45,135 bases of DNA from Desulfatiglandales bacterium. GTDB taxonomy: Bacteria > Desulfobacterota > DSM-4660 > Desulfatiglandales > HGW-15. A program made the position numbers and the translations under genes. The stretch is from contig JAQYVK010000604.1 of the NCBI GenBank assembly GCA_030145585.1, positions 1 to 45,135 on the forward strand. The letters run 5' to 3'. Under the pieces are notes generated by a model. That model saw only the letters and a list, made by a program, of their open reading frames with translations, was not told the origin of the DNA and searched no databases. Positions 10,003-19,382 of the stretch are shown here, piece after piece (the stretch's first letter is position 1; every line of letters starts with the position of its first letter).

Positions 10003-10338
10003 TCACGCCTTCTCAATCAGGACGGTCCAGTATTCCCCCACCTTCTCCTGGTTCAAAACTTTATTTCCTTCTAATTTGGTCGAACGAGGGACATTATCGG
10101 CCGGCTCGCCGTCGTCGAGCCACACCTCCAGAATTTCGCCGGATTTCATGGCGGCCATTGCGATCTTGGTCTTTACAAAATTAATCGGACACTTGGTCCC
10201 GCGTAGGTCTATGAATTTATCCGCCCCATTATTGCGATTCATTTCATCGCCACCCTTCGATTCATCGATAGGCATCTTCTCCTCCATGTTGATCTTATGA
10301 TTGTGCTCTCCCGAGATTTTTTTCGTAGGCTCAGACAA
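10003..10338 (-). CDS. TusA/SirA family sulfurtransferase
   Basis: IDLRGTKCPINFVK motif and LEVWLDDGEP; a downstream start codon is possible. Confidence 0.88.
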   Translation of the reverse strand: MSEPTKKISGEHNHKINMEEKMPIDESKGGDEMNRNNGADKFIDLRGTKCPINFVKTKIAMAAMKSGEILEVWLDDGEPADNVPRSTKLEGNKVLNQEKVGEYWTVLIEKA

Positions 10339-10723
10339 TATCCAGGGGCTCAGGTGTTACCATCCCATTTTTAATTGTAAACGCACCGCAGGTCCTCTTC
10401 TCATTTTCCAAGGAGACGATCACATAAATGATTGAGGAATCATGCGCCAAGCGAATATCTTCCTCCGAGGGCCGGGCCGGAGAGGCAGGATGGCTGTGGT
10501 ACACGGCGATCAAGTCTGATCCATCGGCTCGGACGCTTTTCGCGACCTGAAACTGTTCCTTGGGATCCAAGGAAAAATGAGTTTCACTCTTGTCTACGTT
10601 GGTCATTTTATAGTGGGATGTGATGACGTCCTCTTTCCCTGCAAGATATCCACACGCCTCCAAAGGGGCTTCGGCTTCCGCCTGTTCATAGATCATTTCT
10701 AAAATGCCCTTTGATATTTTCAT
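10331..10723 (-). CDS. JAB/MPN+ (M67) metallopeptidase, sulfur-carrier processing (Mec/HcyD-like)
   Basis: JAMM motif EACG...YHSHP...PSEED. Confidence 0.93.
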   Translation of the reverse strand: MKISKGILEMIYEQAEAEAPLEACGYLAGKEDVITSHYKMTNVDKSETHFSLDPKEQFQVAKSVRADGSDLIAVYHSHPASPARPSEEDIRLAHDSSIIYVIVSLENEKRTCGAFTIKNGMVTPEPLDIV

Positions 10724-11541
10724 AGCTTCAAATCACAGACTGTTTGTTCATAATCAATCAGCGAGGTTATCTGCGGGCTTTCACCGCAGACTGGACATTC
10801 CACCCTCTTTTTAATCTTCAAGTTCCTGAATTCCATTTTGAGTGCGTCGAACGTCTGGAGGCGATTGGCCAGCAGGTCTCCCTTCCCGAGAATATATTTT
10901 AATGTCTCTGTGGCCTGAAGGGTTCCGAGCACACCGGCCAGCACACCGAGCACGCCCGCCTGGCTGCAGGTCGGAACGGCGTCGGGCGGCGGGGGTTCCG
11001 GAAATATACACCGCAGGCAGGCCGACTCTCCCGGGAGAACCGTCATGGTTTGCCCATTGAAACGGAGTATCCCGGCATGAGAATAGGGCTTTTTAGTGAT
11101 GATGCAGGCATCATTGATCAGATATTTGGCCGCAAAGTTGTCTGTCCCATCGACGATGAAATCGTAACCCGAAATGATTTCCAAAGCATTATCGGCCTCC
11201 ACGCGCTCTTCGCGGATATGTACCTGTACATCGGGATTCAAAAGATTAATTTTTTCCTTGGCGGATTGAACTTTGGTTCGATCAATATCAGAAGTAAAAT
11301 GGACGATCTGCCGTTGTAGGTTCGTCATGTCAACCACGTCCCCGTCGACGATTCCAATGGTTCCGACGCCTGCCGCGGCGAGGTAATACAGGATGGGTGA
11401 ACCCAGCCCACCGGCGCCGATCACCAATACTTTTGCCTCCAATATTTTTTGTTGGCCTTCAATGCCCACATCAGCCAAGATCAGATGTCTGCTATACCTG
11501 TGGATTTGTTCTTCATTCAGTTCCATTTTGATAGTCCTCAA
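10720..11541 (-). CDS. ThiF/MoeB family adenylyltransferase (E1-like, HcyF-like)
   Basis: RYSRH, GAGGLG, NLQRQ, DGTDNF, CLRC and CPVC zinc pairs, PTCSQAGVLG; no rhodanese domain. Confidence 0.94.
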   Translation of the reverse strand: MRTIKMELNEEQIHRYSRHLILADVGIEGQQKILEAKVLVIGAGGLGSPILYYLAAAGVGTIGIVDGDVVDMTNLQRQIVHFTSDIDRTKVQSAKEKINLLNPDVQVHIREERVEADNALEIISGYDFIVDGTDNFAAKYLINDACIITKKPYSHAGILRFNGQTMTVLPGESACLRCIFPEPPPPDAVPTCSQAGVLGVLAGVLGTLQATETLKYILGKGDLLANRLQTFDALKMEFRNLKIKKRVECPVCGESPQITSLIDYEQTVCDLKL

Positions 11542-12791
11542 ATTTTATGAAGTGCTTGTTCAATGTCCTCCATGAGGTCCTCAACGTCCTCGATGCCGAC
11601 AGAAAGCCGAATCAGGCCTTCACTGACATCCATGGTTTCCTTTTCTTCCATGGTGTACTCCTGGAAAAGTGTGGAAGCGGGGTGAATGATCAAGGTCGTG
11701 TTATCTCCCAAATTGGAGGCCCGCCGGATGATTTTCAAATGATTTAGAAAAGTAAAACTGGTCTGCTTATCGGGTAGTTCAAAGGTCAGCACCCCACCAA
11801 AACGGTTGTTAAATTGCTTTTTAGCCAGGGCATGGAAAGGGGAATCCGGTAATCCAGGGTAATTGACCCGGATTACTTTATCATGCCGGGCTAAATAACC
11901 GGCCAGCTCCAGTGTGTTTTTACAGGCTTTTTCAACCCTGAGAGAGAGGGTTTCCAATCCGAGACTTTGCAAAAAGGCGATTTGTGGGGCCATGCAGGCG
12001 CCCAGGTCCCGGTAGACTTCCTTTCGTAAACGGGCCAAAAAAGACAATTCCCCCAGTTTCTTATAATCTTCCAAGCTTGGAAAACCGGACCATTCGCAGT
12101 TGCCCAGATCGACAATGACACCGCCAATACTGGTGGCACCTCCGGAAATCAATTTGGTAGATGAATGAACAACAAGGTCGACACCAAATTCCTTTCCCTT
12201 AAACAGGTAAGGGGTCGTTACTGTGCCATCTACAATGACCGCGATTCCATGGTCCCGGGCCATTCTTTTCTCACGGGCGATTTCCACAATCTTTGTGATA
12301 TCCGGGACATTCATCTTGGGATTGGAAATGGTCTCTAAAAAGAGCGCACGGGTTTTTCCATTGATGGCTTCGCGAACCTGATCCAGGTCGTCTATGTCCA
12401 CAAATCGGGTCTCGATTCCGAAATTTTTTAGGGTTTTTTTAAAAAAGGAATAGGTGTTTCCAAATAATGAATTTGCAGAAACGATGTTTTCTCCTTGCTT
12501 CAATAAATTGAAAAAAACATTGGAAATGGCCGCCATTCCTGAGGCCGTTGCGACCGCTGCCCTGCCATCTTCAAGCCCGTTCATTTTCCGTTCAAACGCT
12601 TCCACCGTGGGGTTGGTGACCCGGCTGTAGGCATGGGCCGGTTTTCTAAAGGCAAAGGCGTCTTCAATATCCTCCGCGGACTCAAAATGAAACGCAACAC
12701 CTGCGTATATCGGGTATCGAATGGCCTTATGGATGTCCTCTTTCAGGACATCTCCGTGAACGGCTTTTGTATCAAAACCAAGTTTTCCCAT
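11538..12791 (-). CDS. metY: O-acetylhomoserine sulfhydrylase (PLP transsulfuration family)
   Basis: YSRVTNPT, ASGMAAI, HSSTKLISG (PLP Lys), NLGD...IIHPAST, IRLSVGIED. Confidence 0.85.
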   Translation of the reverse strand: MGKLGFDTKAVHGDVLKEDIHKAIRYPIYAGVAFHFESAEDIEDAFAFRKPAHAYSRVTNPTVEAFERKMNGLEDGRAAVATASGMAAISNVFFNLLKQGENIVSANSLFGNTYSFFKKTLKNFGIETRFVDIDDLDQVREAINGKTRALFLETISNPKMNVPDITKIVEIAREKRMARDHGIAVIVDGTVTTPYLFKGKEFGVDLVVHSSTKLISGGATSIGGVIVDLGNCEWSGFPSLEDYKKLGELSFLARLRKEVYRDLGACMAPQIAFLQSLGLETLSLRVEKACKNTLELAGYLARHDKVIRVNYPGLPDSPFHALAKKQFNNRFGGVLTFELPDKQTSFTFLNHLKIIRRASNLGDNTTLIIHPASTLFQEYTMEEKETMDVSEGLIRLSVGIEDVEDLMEDIEQALHKI

Positions 12792-12796
12792 AATTA

Positions 12797-13012
12797 TTAC
12801 CCTCTGGTCTGCCCACCCCCCATGAAAAAAAGAAACTCGATCTGGTCATTTTCCTTGAGTTGGGTGGTTTCAAAATCGACTCGATTCAGAATTTCACTAT
12901 TGAGCTCAACTGAGACCATCTCCGGCGTTTCAATGCCTCTTATCTTTAACAAATCGGCAATGTTTACGACATCAGATACCGTCTCCTCTTTCCCGTTTAT
13001 GGTCAATCGCAT
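12797..13012 (-). CDS. thiS: ThiS/MoaD-like ubiquitin-fold sulfur carrier with a masked C-terminus
   Basis: 71 aa: LTINGK...VELNSEI...DQIEFLFFMGGG followed by QTRG. Confidence 0.88.
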   Translation of the reverse strand: MRLTINGKEETVSDVVNIADLLKIRGIETPEMVSVELNSEILNRVDFETTQLKENDQIEFLFFMGGGQTRG

Positions 13013-13044
13013 CTCGTACTCCTTTCCGACTTTAAGTGTACTTA

Positions 13045-13293
13045 TGAGGCTGTTGGAAAACGCCCATCTGCTGCGTTACCCTCATCCCTCGTCACTGCGG
13101 CGTACAAATAACAAAACGGTTCACGGCACACGGCGCAGGGTGTATGGCCTAAAATCACAACGAATTGAGAAAAATTCACACTTTGACATGGACCCTATAC
13201 CGTGGACCATGTACCTTTCTTTTATTACGCCTCATTCCCAGGGATTTCGTCCCGCAGAAGAGCCTGCGGGATGGACATTTTCCATCAGCCTCA
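13045..13293. mobile_element. MITE with 22-bp terminal inverted repeats and a nested heptamer-arm element (13117-13215)
   Basis: TGAGGCTGTTGGAAAACGCCCA vs TGAGGCTGATGGAAAATGTCCA (19/22); the inner element lies in the loop of GGCGTA/TACGCC. Confidence 0.75.
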
Positions 13294-13380
13294 CAAAACC
13301 CAGTTTTTCGAAAGTCTCTATTGAATATGTTCCATGAGGCTTGTCACTTGAATCTTGTTTTTTCCAACCCATTGAAACCT

Positions 13381-13833
13381 TTAAATATTATAAGTAATGG
13401 CGCCATTCTCCTTGGACAGGACGTCGGTTTCCCTCTGTTGGATGTCCGAAAAGTCTATCTTGTCGATGACGGATGAAATGGCCTCCTCAACCTCCTCCAA
13501 AACCCCGAAAAAGCCGTTCCGGGTCGCCCCATCATTACCAGGCAAGCCATTATCTGGATCAGGGGTGGAAAAAAGCGAAGGTTCCATGACTCGAATAATT
13601 CCCCCCACAGTGATGCTTTTCGGAGGCCGGCACAAAGAATACCCGCCACTCGGTCCTTTCTTGCTCTGGATGAATCCCCCTTTTTTTAATTGAGTCAGGA
13701 CCTGTTCAATGTATTTCGGAGGTATGTTTTGTCTTTCAGCCAGATCGATGATGTGCACCAGGTTATTTTGGAAGTGATTCGATAAATCAAGGATCACTTT
13801 CAGTGCATAGTGACATCTGAGAGAAATTTTCAT
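13381..13833 (-). CDS. Rrf2 family transcriptional regulator lacking Fe-S ligands (CymR-like)
   Basis: MKISLRCHYAL...IPPKYIEQVL...SKKGPSGGYSL; no C-terminal Cys triad; ATG at 13833 preferred over TTG at 13842. Confidence 0.9.
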   Translation of the reverse strand: MKISLRCHYALKVILDLSNHFQNNLVHIIDLAERQNIPPKYIEQVLTQLKKGGFIQSKKGPSGGYSLCRPPKSITVGGIIRVMEPSLFSTPDPDNGLPGNDGATRNGFFGVLEEVEEAISSVIDKIDFSDIQQRETDVLSKENGAITYNI

Positions 13834-13900
13834 ATTTCCCAACTCACAGAACTTTTAGGGGTTTATCGGATTCCATTCAAAGCTTCTTTGTTTGCTCATT

Positions 13901-13941
13901 TAGAATACTGTACATATAGACTATAATTTATCTCTTGTCAA
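13901..13941 (-). promoter_or_regulatory. Putative sigma70 promoter overlapped by candidate Rrf2 box 2
   Basis: TTGACA (13941-13936) then N17 TATATG; TAGAATACTGTACATATAGACTA at 13901-13923 matches box 1 at 18/23. Confidence 0.5.
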
Positions 13942-13993
13942 GCATTTATTTGCCTGAAAATATAAATAAATTTATTATTTTTAAAAAATTTTT

Positions 13994-14026
13994 AAATTTA
14001 GTCTACTTAAAATATAGACTAAATTT
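13994..14026. promoter_or_regulatory. Candidate Rrf2 operator (box 1)
   Basis: Perfect 12-bp inverted repeat AAATTTAGTCTA-N9-TAGACTAAATTT upstream of the Rrf2 gene. Confidence 0.6.
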
Positions 14027-14034
14027 GAGATAAT

Positions 14035-14268
14035 TATAGCTGATGTAATAAATATGGTCTGATTGGGAGGCGTGTGTGACAATACAAAATCCCCCCCCTG
14101 GCCCCCCTTTTTGAAAAGGGGGGGGCACGCTTACACTCCGACATGGCTCATTGCGGCCATAGGAGTGCTGATACGACTTCAGGCCTTCATAAGTTCCCCC
14201 TTTGACAAAGGGGGACAGGGGGATTTTATAAAAAGGCCAATCGGAACATATTTCTGACAATGACTGTA
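14035..14268 (+). mobile_element. About 230-bp MITE, copy 1 (inverted copy at 40909-41136)
   Basis: Full-length similarity to the reverse complement of 40909-41136; imperfect TATAG...AAATAT ends; internal CCCCCTTT-N-AAAGGGGG palindromes. Confidence 0.85.
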
Positions 14269-14314
14269 GGCTTTTTCATTAGGGGGGCTTTGATAAGGAT
14301 TTCCTGGAAAAACC

Positions 14315-15103
14315 TCACCCACCTTGGTTGAGGTGCAGGGTTTCGAAGGCGGGGGGTTTATCCTGGATAAAGATCTGCTCCGGAATGGATTTGTTGAAGA
14401 CCATTTTCATGTTTTTAAGGACCAATCTCCTCTTTTCTCCCTTGTGGGACACACCCACTTCACGGGCATAATAGATGCCTTCATTTTCCTGAAAATCAGA
14501 ATATGACAATGTAATCTGTTTGTCTGGAAACTGGACTGATCTGGGCAACTGGCTTTCAGGATGGAGATCAATCACTTCCACTTCCTCACCATCCCCGTGG
14601 AACAGGCTGATTTGATCTTTCTTCAAAGATTTAACACGATCATGACGGACAAGATTGGGATATCCTCTCAGGGTCCCCCAGACGAGTTCAGGGTCAATAT
14701 TTCCTGGGAAAAATTTTGAGAGGGATTCCGGTGTGAATGGTGCATAGTATAGTGTTTTATCCTTGAAGGAGAGTACCTCTAGTCTCTTCTGATCAATCAG
14801 GATATGAAGAATGGGTTGTCCCCAGGTTTGGGTGATTTCGATCTTCATCCTAAAGGGACTTTTTTTCCCCACCACGAGGATATTGGCTTCTGATTGACCA
14901 TACCAGGCGCTGGATGCTATGCGGCCATGGGCATAAAAAGAATGGACCTTATTCTCCTGTTCCCGAATTACCGAAATGATCCGTTTCGTTGTTTGATCGC
15001 TGAGGGGCTCTTGAATCGGAGGTTTTGAAACAGTCGCACAATTAGGGATAAGGAATAGAAGGAAAAAAATTATCAGGTAGTAACGCAGGGGCTTCGAACC
15101 CAA
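14315..15103 (-). CDS. Putative lipoprotein, LolB/DUF4292-like
   Basis: Signal peptide with Cys (LIPNC-ATV), beta-rich body, lies downstream of a TPR lipoprotein. Confidence 0.55.
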   Translation of the reverse strand: MGSKPLRYYLIIFFLLFLIPNCATVSKPPIQEPLSDQTTKRIISVIREQENKVHSFYAHGRIASSAWYGQSEANILVVGKKSPFRMKIEITQTWGQPILHILIDQKRLEVLSFKDKTLYYAPFTPESLSKFFPGNIDPELVWGTLRGYPNLVRHDRVKSLKKDQISLFHGDGEEVEVIDLHPESQLPRSVQFPDKQITLSYSDFQENEGIYYAREVGVSHKGEKRRLVLKNMKMVFNKSIPEQIFIQDKPPAFETLHLNQGG

Positions 15104-15197
15104 TTATTGGAACTCCTTTCGGGCTGTCAGGCCGAAAAGACTTTCGGCAAGACAGCAGAAAAAACCCAATCTGAGATCGGGTTTCATCGCCCACTCC

Positions 15198-16985
15198 TTA
15201 TTCTAATACCGCCTTTACCTTTTCAATCTTTTCTTTGATCATCTCTTCATTTGGATGGTTCAAGGAGAGGGCTTTTTGATACATCTCAAGAGATTTTTTA
15301 TACTTTTTCGTTTTAAAATAGACATCCCCTAAATGCTCACTAACAGTGGGATCATCAGGTATCAGAGTAAAAGCTTTTTCAAGAGATTGGATGGCCTCAT
15401 CATACAACCCTTTCTTGTAATAGACCCAACCAAGACTATCTATAATATAGCCACTTTCCGGTTTTATTTTTAGGGCTGACTGAACCAATTCCATAGCTTC
15501 ATTCAACCTTATACCCTGTTCGGCATAGGTATAACCTATGTAATTGAGCGCATCGGCGTGCTTCGGATCAATCTCAAGGACGCTTCTCATTTGTTCGATA
15601 GATTTTTCCTTTTGTCCCATTTTATCGAACACAACACCGAGTCGAAAGATCAGTTCGACGCTTCTATCATCCTGCTTCAGGCCCTCTTCTATCACTTCAA
15701 TAGCTCTGCCAAACTCCTTTTTCTTTTCGAGAAGTGTGGCTTGCATTAAATAGAGTTCAATTTTTCCTTTCTCTTTTTGGATCGCCACCTGAAGGAGGTT
15801 GAATGCTTCATCATACTTTTCCTGGTTATCAAGGATATAGGCCATGTGTAATTGTGCGCTAACAAAATACCTTGAACCTTTATCTATCATCCGGAAATGA
15901 TCAAGGGCCTTTTCAGGCTCCCCCTTCTCTTCATAGGCCAAAGCAAGAAAATATCGAGTTTCATGATCCGAAGGCCAAGCGGAAACGATCAGATTAAGTT
16001 CCTCAATCGATTCATCCAACTTCCCATGACGAAGATAGATACGCCCCAGGATTTGACGGTCCCGATCTCCAGGCTTTGAATGCGCCTTAAGCTCTTCCAT
16101 CTTCTGCTTCGCCTGATCCTCCCGACCGAGTTCATAATATACATTTATGAGCCTTTCTCGGGCGACCGAATTGGCGGGATAATAACCCAGCAATTTTTCA
16201 TAAGTGACCATCGCTTTTTCGTAGTCTTTTGACATCTGATACAGAACGCCTAGATCGAAAAGGGTATGCTCCATCCTGGGGTTTATTCTCAGGGCGTCCT
16301 GATAGGCTTTTTCCGCCGCCCGGTAATTACGCAATTCCAAATGGATCCTACCCCGGTAGTAGTAGGCGATCATCAAATTGGGATCTTCTTGGAGAAGCGT
16401 GTCTAAATGCCCCAGAGCAGCCGTAAACTGGCTTTTTTTAATGAAGATCGTTGTCAAGATGAGTCTTACTCTTGAGTTACTGGGATCCATATCGAGTATT
16501 TTTTGATACTCACTTATTGCGGATTTATCATCTCCTGAAAGCGAATAAATGTCGGCCAATTGCAGACGTTTCTCAATATTATTGGGATCGGTCTTTAAAC
16601 CTCTTTGTGCATATTCTAGCGCTCCCTCATAATCTTTCATTTTTTTAAGATAGATGACCATCTTTTGGTTGAGGTAAAAGGAATCGGGATCATTTTCAAG
16701 CGCCTTTAGCAAGTAATCCCTTGCTTGCTTAAAATCGCCATACTCATCATTGAGAGAGGCCATGAGAAAATTTGTATAAGCCGCCTGAAGCTTATCTCCT
16801 TCAATGCCTAGCATGCCTTGTGCAGGGGAAACTCTACGAGATTCTGGAATTTTCGACAATGATTCAAACCCTGTGCAGGCCCCGCCTATACTGAGAAAAA
16901 AAAGGAGGCCGATACAATAGAATAATTTACTCTCGTTTTTATAGTGTCGTTTTATGGAACCCATTGAAATCACAATCCTGTTCAT
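15198..16985 (-). CDS. Large TPR-repeat (lipo)protein
   Basis: Many TPR units; ADALNYIGYTYAE and IIDSLGWVYYK; possible lipobox GGAC; true start probably downstream. Confidence 0.88.
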   Translation of the reverse strand: MNRIVISMGSIKRHYKNESKLFYCIGLLFFLSIGGACTGFESLSKIPESRRVSPAQGMLGIEGDKLQAAYTNFLMASLNDEYGDFKQARDYLLKALENDPDSFYLNQKMVIYLKKMKDYEGALEYAQRGLKTDPNNIEKRLQLADIYSLSGDDKSAISEYQKILDMDPSNSRVRLILTTIFIKKSQFTAALGHLDTLLQEDPNLMIAYYYRGRIHLELRNYRAAEKAYQDALRINPRMEHTLFDLGVLYQMSKDYEKAMVTYEKLLGYYPANSVARERLINVYYELGREDQAKQKMEELKAHSKPGDRDRQILGRIYLRHGKLDESIEELNLIVSAWPSDHETRYFLALAYEEKGEPEKALDHFRMIDKGSRYFVSAQLHMAYILDNQEKYDEAFNLLQVAIQKEKGKIELYLMQATLLEKKKEFGRAIEVIEEGLKQDDRSVELIFRLGVVFDKMGQKEKSIEQMRSVLEIDPKHADALNYIGYTYAEQGIRLNEAMELVQSALKIKPESGYIIDSLGWVYYKKGLYDEAIQSLEKAFTLIPDDPTVSEHLGDVYFKTKKYKKSLEMYQKALSLNHPNEEMIKEKIEKVKAVLE

Positions 16986-17005
16986 GTCTAAGTCGTCAGT
17001 TGATT

Positions 17006-17986
17006 TTATTTAATAAAATCTGAGAAATTCTCCTCAAAGTTGGGAATTTCTTCCATGAGCCACTTTCTTATACCCTTGATGATTCTTTCCTGGATCTGGC
17101 GAATCCTTTCACGAGAGATATGGTATCGATCCCCCAGTTCTTGAAGGGTCAAAGGACTCTCTGCCATGATCCGATTATCAAAGATATCCAATTCCTTCCC
17201 GGCGAGCCCTTCCCTGTATTCTTTCAATTTTTCTAAAAGGAGTTCCCGGTTCTGTTTCTCGGAGAGCGCCTCATCGATTGCCATGCCCGGGTCCGGTACA
17301 AAAGACCCGTAAACCTCTTTTCCATCCATTCCTACAGGGGCATTGAGGGAGATTTCCCCGCTTCCCAGGCGCTGGCTCATCTCCTCAACCTCTTTTTCTT
17401 TGACATCAAGGCGCTCAGCCAGGAGCCTCGTTTCAGGTTCATAGCCCTGTGATATCAGTTTATCCCTTTCCTTGGCCAAGTTAAAGAACAATTTCCGCTG
17501 AGTCTGTGTTGTGCCGATTTTTACCATCTTCCAATTTTCCATGATAAATTTAAGCATGTAGGCCTTGATCCAAAATGAGGCGTAGTAGGAAAATTTAATC
17601 CCCCGGTATGGATCAAATTTCTGGACGGCCTGCAAGAGACCAACATTGCCCTCTTGAATGAGATCCAGAAGACTCTTGGTCCAATAACGATGAAAATCCA
17701 TAGCAATCTTGACCACCAACCTAAGGTTGGAGGTCACCAGCCGGTACGCGGCCTTCTGATCGTTTTTTTCCCTAACGAGTTTGCCCAATTCCACCTCTTC
17801 TTCTCTCGTTAGCAATGTATAATGCTTGATCTCCATCAGGTACATCTGAAGAGGATCGTAAGGGACGAGGGATCGCCCTCCAGTTTGGACGACCGGACTG
17901 AGCACAGGGGTACCCTTGGGCTTGGTCTTCTTGTCCTTACTTTTCGATCTTTTTTTGACAGGAGTCTTTTTTTCTTTTTTTTTCAT
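17006..17986 (-). CDS. rpoH: RNA polymerase sigma-32 factor
   Basis: Sigma70 regions (DPLQMYL, DLIQEGNVGL, ISRERIRQI) with RpoH box QRKLFFNL; ORF extends to 18088, ATG at 17986 is more plausible. Confidence 0.88.
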   Translation of the reverse strand: MKKKEKKTPVKKRSKSKDKKTKPKGTPVLSPVVQTGGRSLVPYDPLQMYLMEIKHYTLLTREEEVELGKLVREKNDQKAAYRLVTSNLRLVVKIAMDFHRYWTKSLLDLIQEGNVGLLQAVQKFDPYRGIKFSYYASFWIKAYMLKFIMENWKMVKIGTTQTQRKLFFNLAKERDKLISQGYEPETRLLAERLDVKEKEVEEMSQRLGSGEISLNAPVGMDGKEVYGSFVPDPGMAIDEALSEKQNRELLLEKLKEYREGLAGKELDIFDNRIMAESPLTLQELGDRYHISRERIRQIQERIIKGIRKWLMEEIPNFEENFSDFIK

Positions 17987-18125
17987 GTTGAGCGGTATAT
18001 TTGCCTGATTTTTGAGATATGTTACGCCGATTTCAATGTGAGAGGCTGGATGGACAACAGTATTTGTCACAAGGCGAGGAGATCCCATGCAGGCAAGGTG
18101 CCTTTAATAGATTATTCTCTCTCCA

Positions 18126-19382
18126 TTATTGAAGGATAATTCTGAGATATCTTTTTTTCCCTCCTCTTAGCAAGATAGAATCATTCATCATATCCTTCGT
18201 ATCGATAATTTGGTCAAAGGTCTCAATTCTGTGATCGTTAATATATCCTCCCCCTTGTTTGATAAGGCGGCGTGCTTCCCCCCTGCTCTTACAGAGTCCC
18301 ATTTTTTCAAAGAGAATATAGGCAGGGACCCCCGGTTCGAGTTCATCAGCACCCAAAGGATGTTTAGGCACCGATTCTGACAGCTCCTCTGCATCCGTTC
18401 CGAATAGCTGATGGGCGGCAAGCTTTGCCTTTTCAGCTTCAGCCTTTCCGTGGCACAGTTTGGTGGCTTCATACGCCAGGACCTCTTTGGCATGTCGAAT
18501 GTCCGCCCCCTGGAGAGCTCCCAGTTTCTTGACCTCATTCATGGGAAGAAAGGTGAAGATGGCCAAAAAACGCTCGATGTCCTTGTCATCCTGGTTTATC
18601 CAGTACTGGTAATAATCAAAAGGGGAGGTCTTTTCCGAATCGAGCCAAACGCTTCCTTTATGGGTTTTCCCCATTTTAATTCCAGACGAAGTTGTGAAGA
18701 GTGGGAAAGTGATGCAGTGAATGGCTTCCCCTTCCAGGCGTCTGGTCAGATCTACGCCCGCCAAAATATTTCCCCACTGATCGTTTCCGCCCATCTGAAG
18801 GCGACAGTCGTAATGCTTGAAGAGATGCCAGAAATCATAGGCTTGAAGCAGCATATAATTAAACTCAATGAAATTAAGGCCGGTCTTAAACCTTTCCTTG
18901 TAACTCTCCGCAGACAACATTCTGTTTACGCTAAAAAATCTGCCGAAATCGCGCAAGAATTCTATGTAGTTCAGTTTTGTCAGCCAATCCGCATTGTTGG
19001 CCATGATTGCCTTGCCGTTCTCAAAGTCAAGAAAACGAGACAGTTGCTCCCTCAGCCCCTGGGCATTTTTGTCTATCTCCTCCCTTTTCATAATGGGACG
19101 GAGTTCCGTCTTTCCGCTGGGATCCCCTACGAGTGTGGTGCCTCCACCCACCAATGCGATCGGTCTGTGTCCGGCTCTTTGCATATGAGCCAAGGACATA
19201 ATGGGGACGAGACTCCCCAGATGGAAACTGCTGGCAGTCGGATCAAATCCGATATAGCATGTGGTCGGCTCTTCAAGAAGATCACGGACCCCCGTCTCAT
19301 CGGTGACCTGCTCGACGAATCCCCTTTCTTTAAAAATATCGAAAACGCTTTCCAAATTATTCCTCACACTTTGAACCTTCAA
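18126..19382 (-). CDS. tyrS: Tyrosine--tRNA ligase
   Basis: YIGFDPTASSFHLGS, LQAYDF, GGNDQWGN, KMGKT, C-terminal S4 domain. Confidence 0.97.
   Translation of the reverse strand: MKVQSVRNNLESVFDIFKERGFVEQVTDETGVRDLLEEPTTCYIGFDPTASSFHLGSLVPIMSLAHMQRAGHRPIALVGGGTTLVGDPSGKTELRPIMKREEIDKNAQGLREQLSRFLDFENGKAIMANNADWLTKLNYIEFLRDFGRFFSVNRMLSAESYKERFKTGLNFIEFNYMLLQAYDFWHLFKHYDCRLQMGGNDQWGNILAGVDLTRRLEGEAIHCITFPLFTTSSGIKMGKTHKGSVWLDSEKTSPFDYYQYWINQDDKDIERFLAIFTFLPMNEVKKLGALQGADIRHAKEVLAYEATKLCHGKAEAEKAKLAAHQLFGTDAEELSESVPKHPLGADELEPGVPAYILFEKMGLCKSRGEARRLIKQGGGYINDHRIETFDQIIDTKDMMNDSILLRGGKKRYLRIILQ

Noticed and set aside
10003-13012. Ubiquitin-like + E1 + JAB genes as an antiphage conjugation system (Bil or CBASS type II-like)
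   Set aside because: No E2 or cyclase; embedded metY, tusA and Rrf2 point to sulfur metabolism.
14003-14260. Small ORFs 14003-14260 and 14063-14257, the latter similar to ORF 40920-41108
   Set aside because: The similarity comes from the shared MITE; no RBS or recognisable domain.
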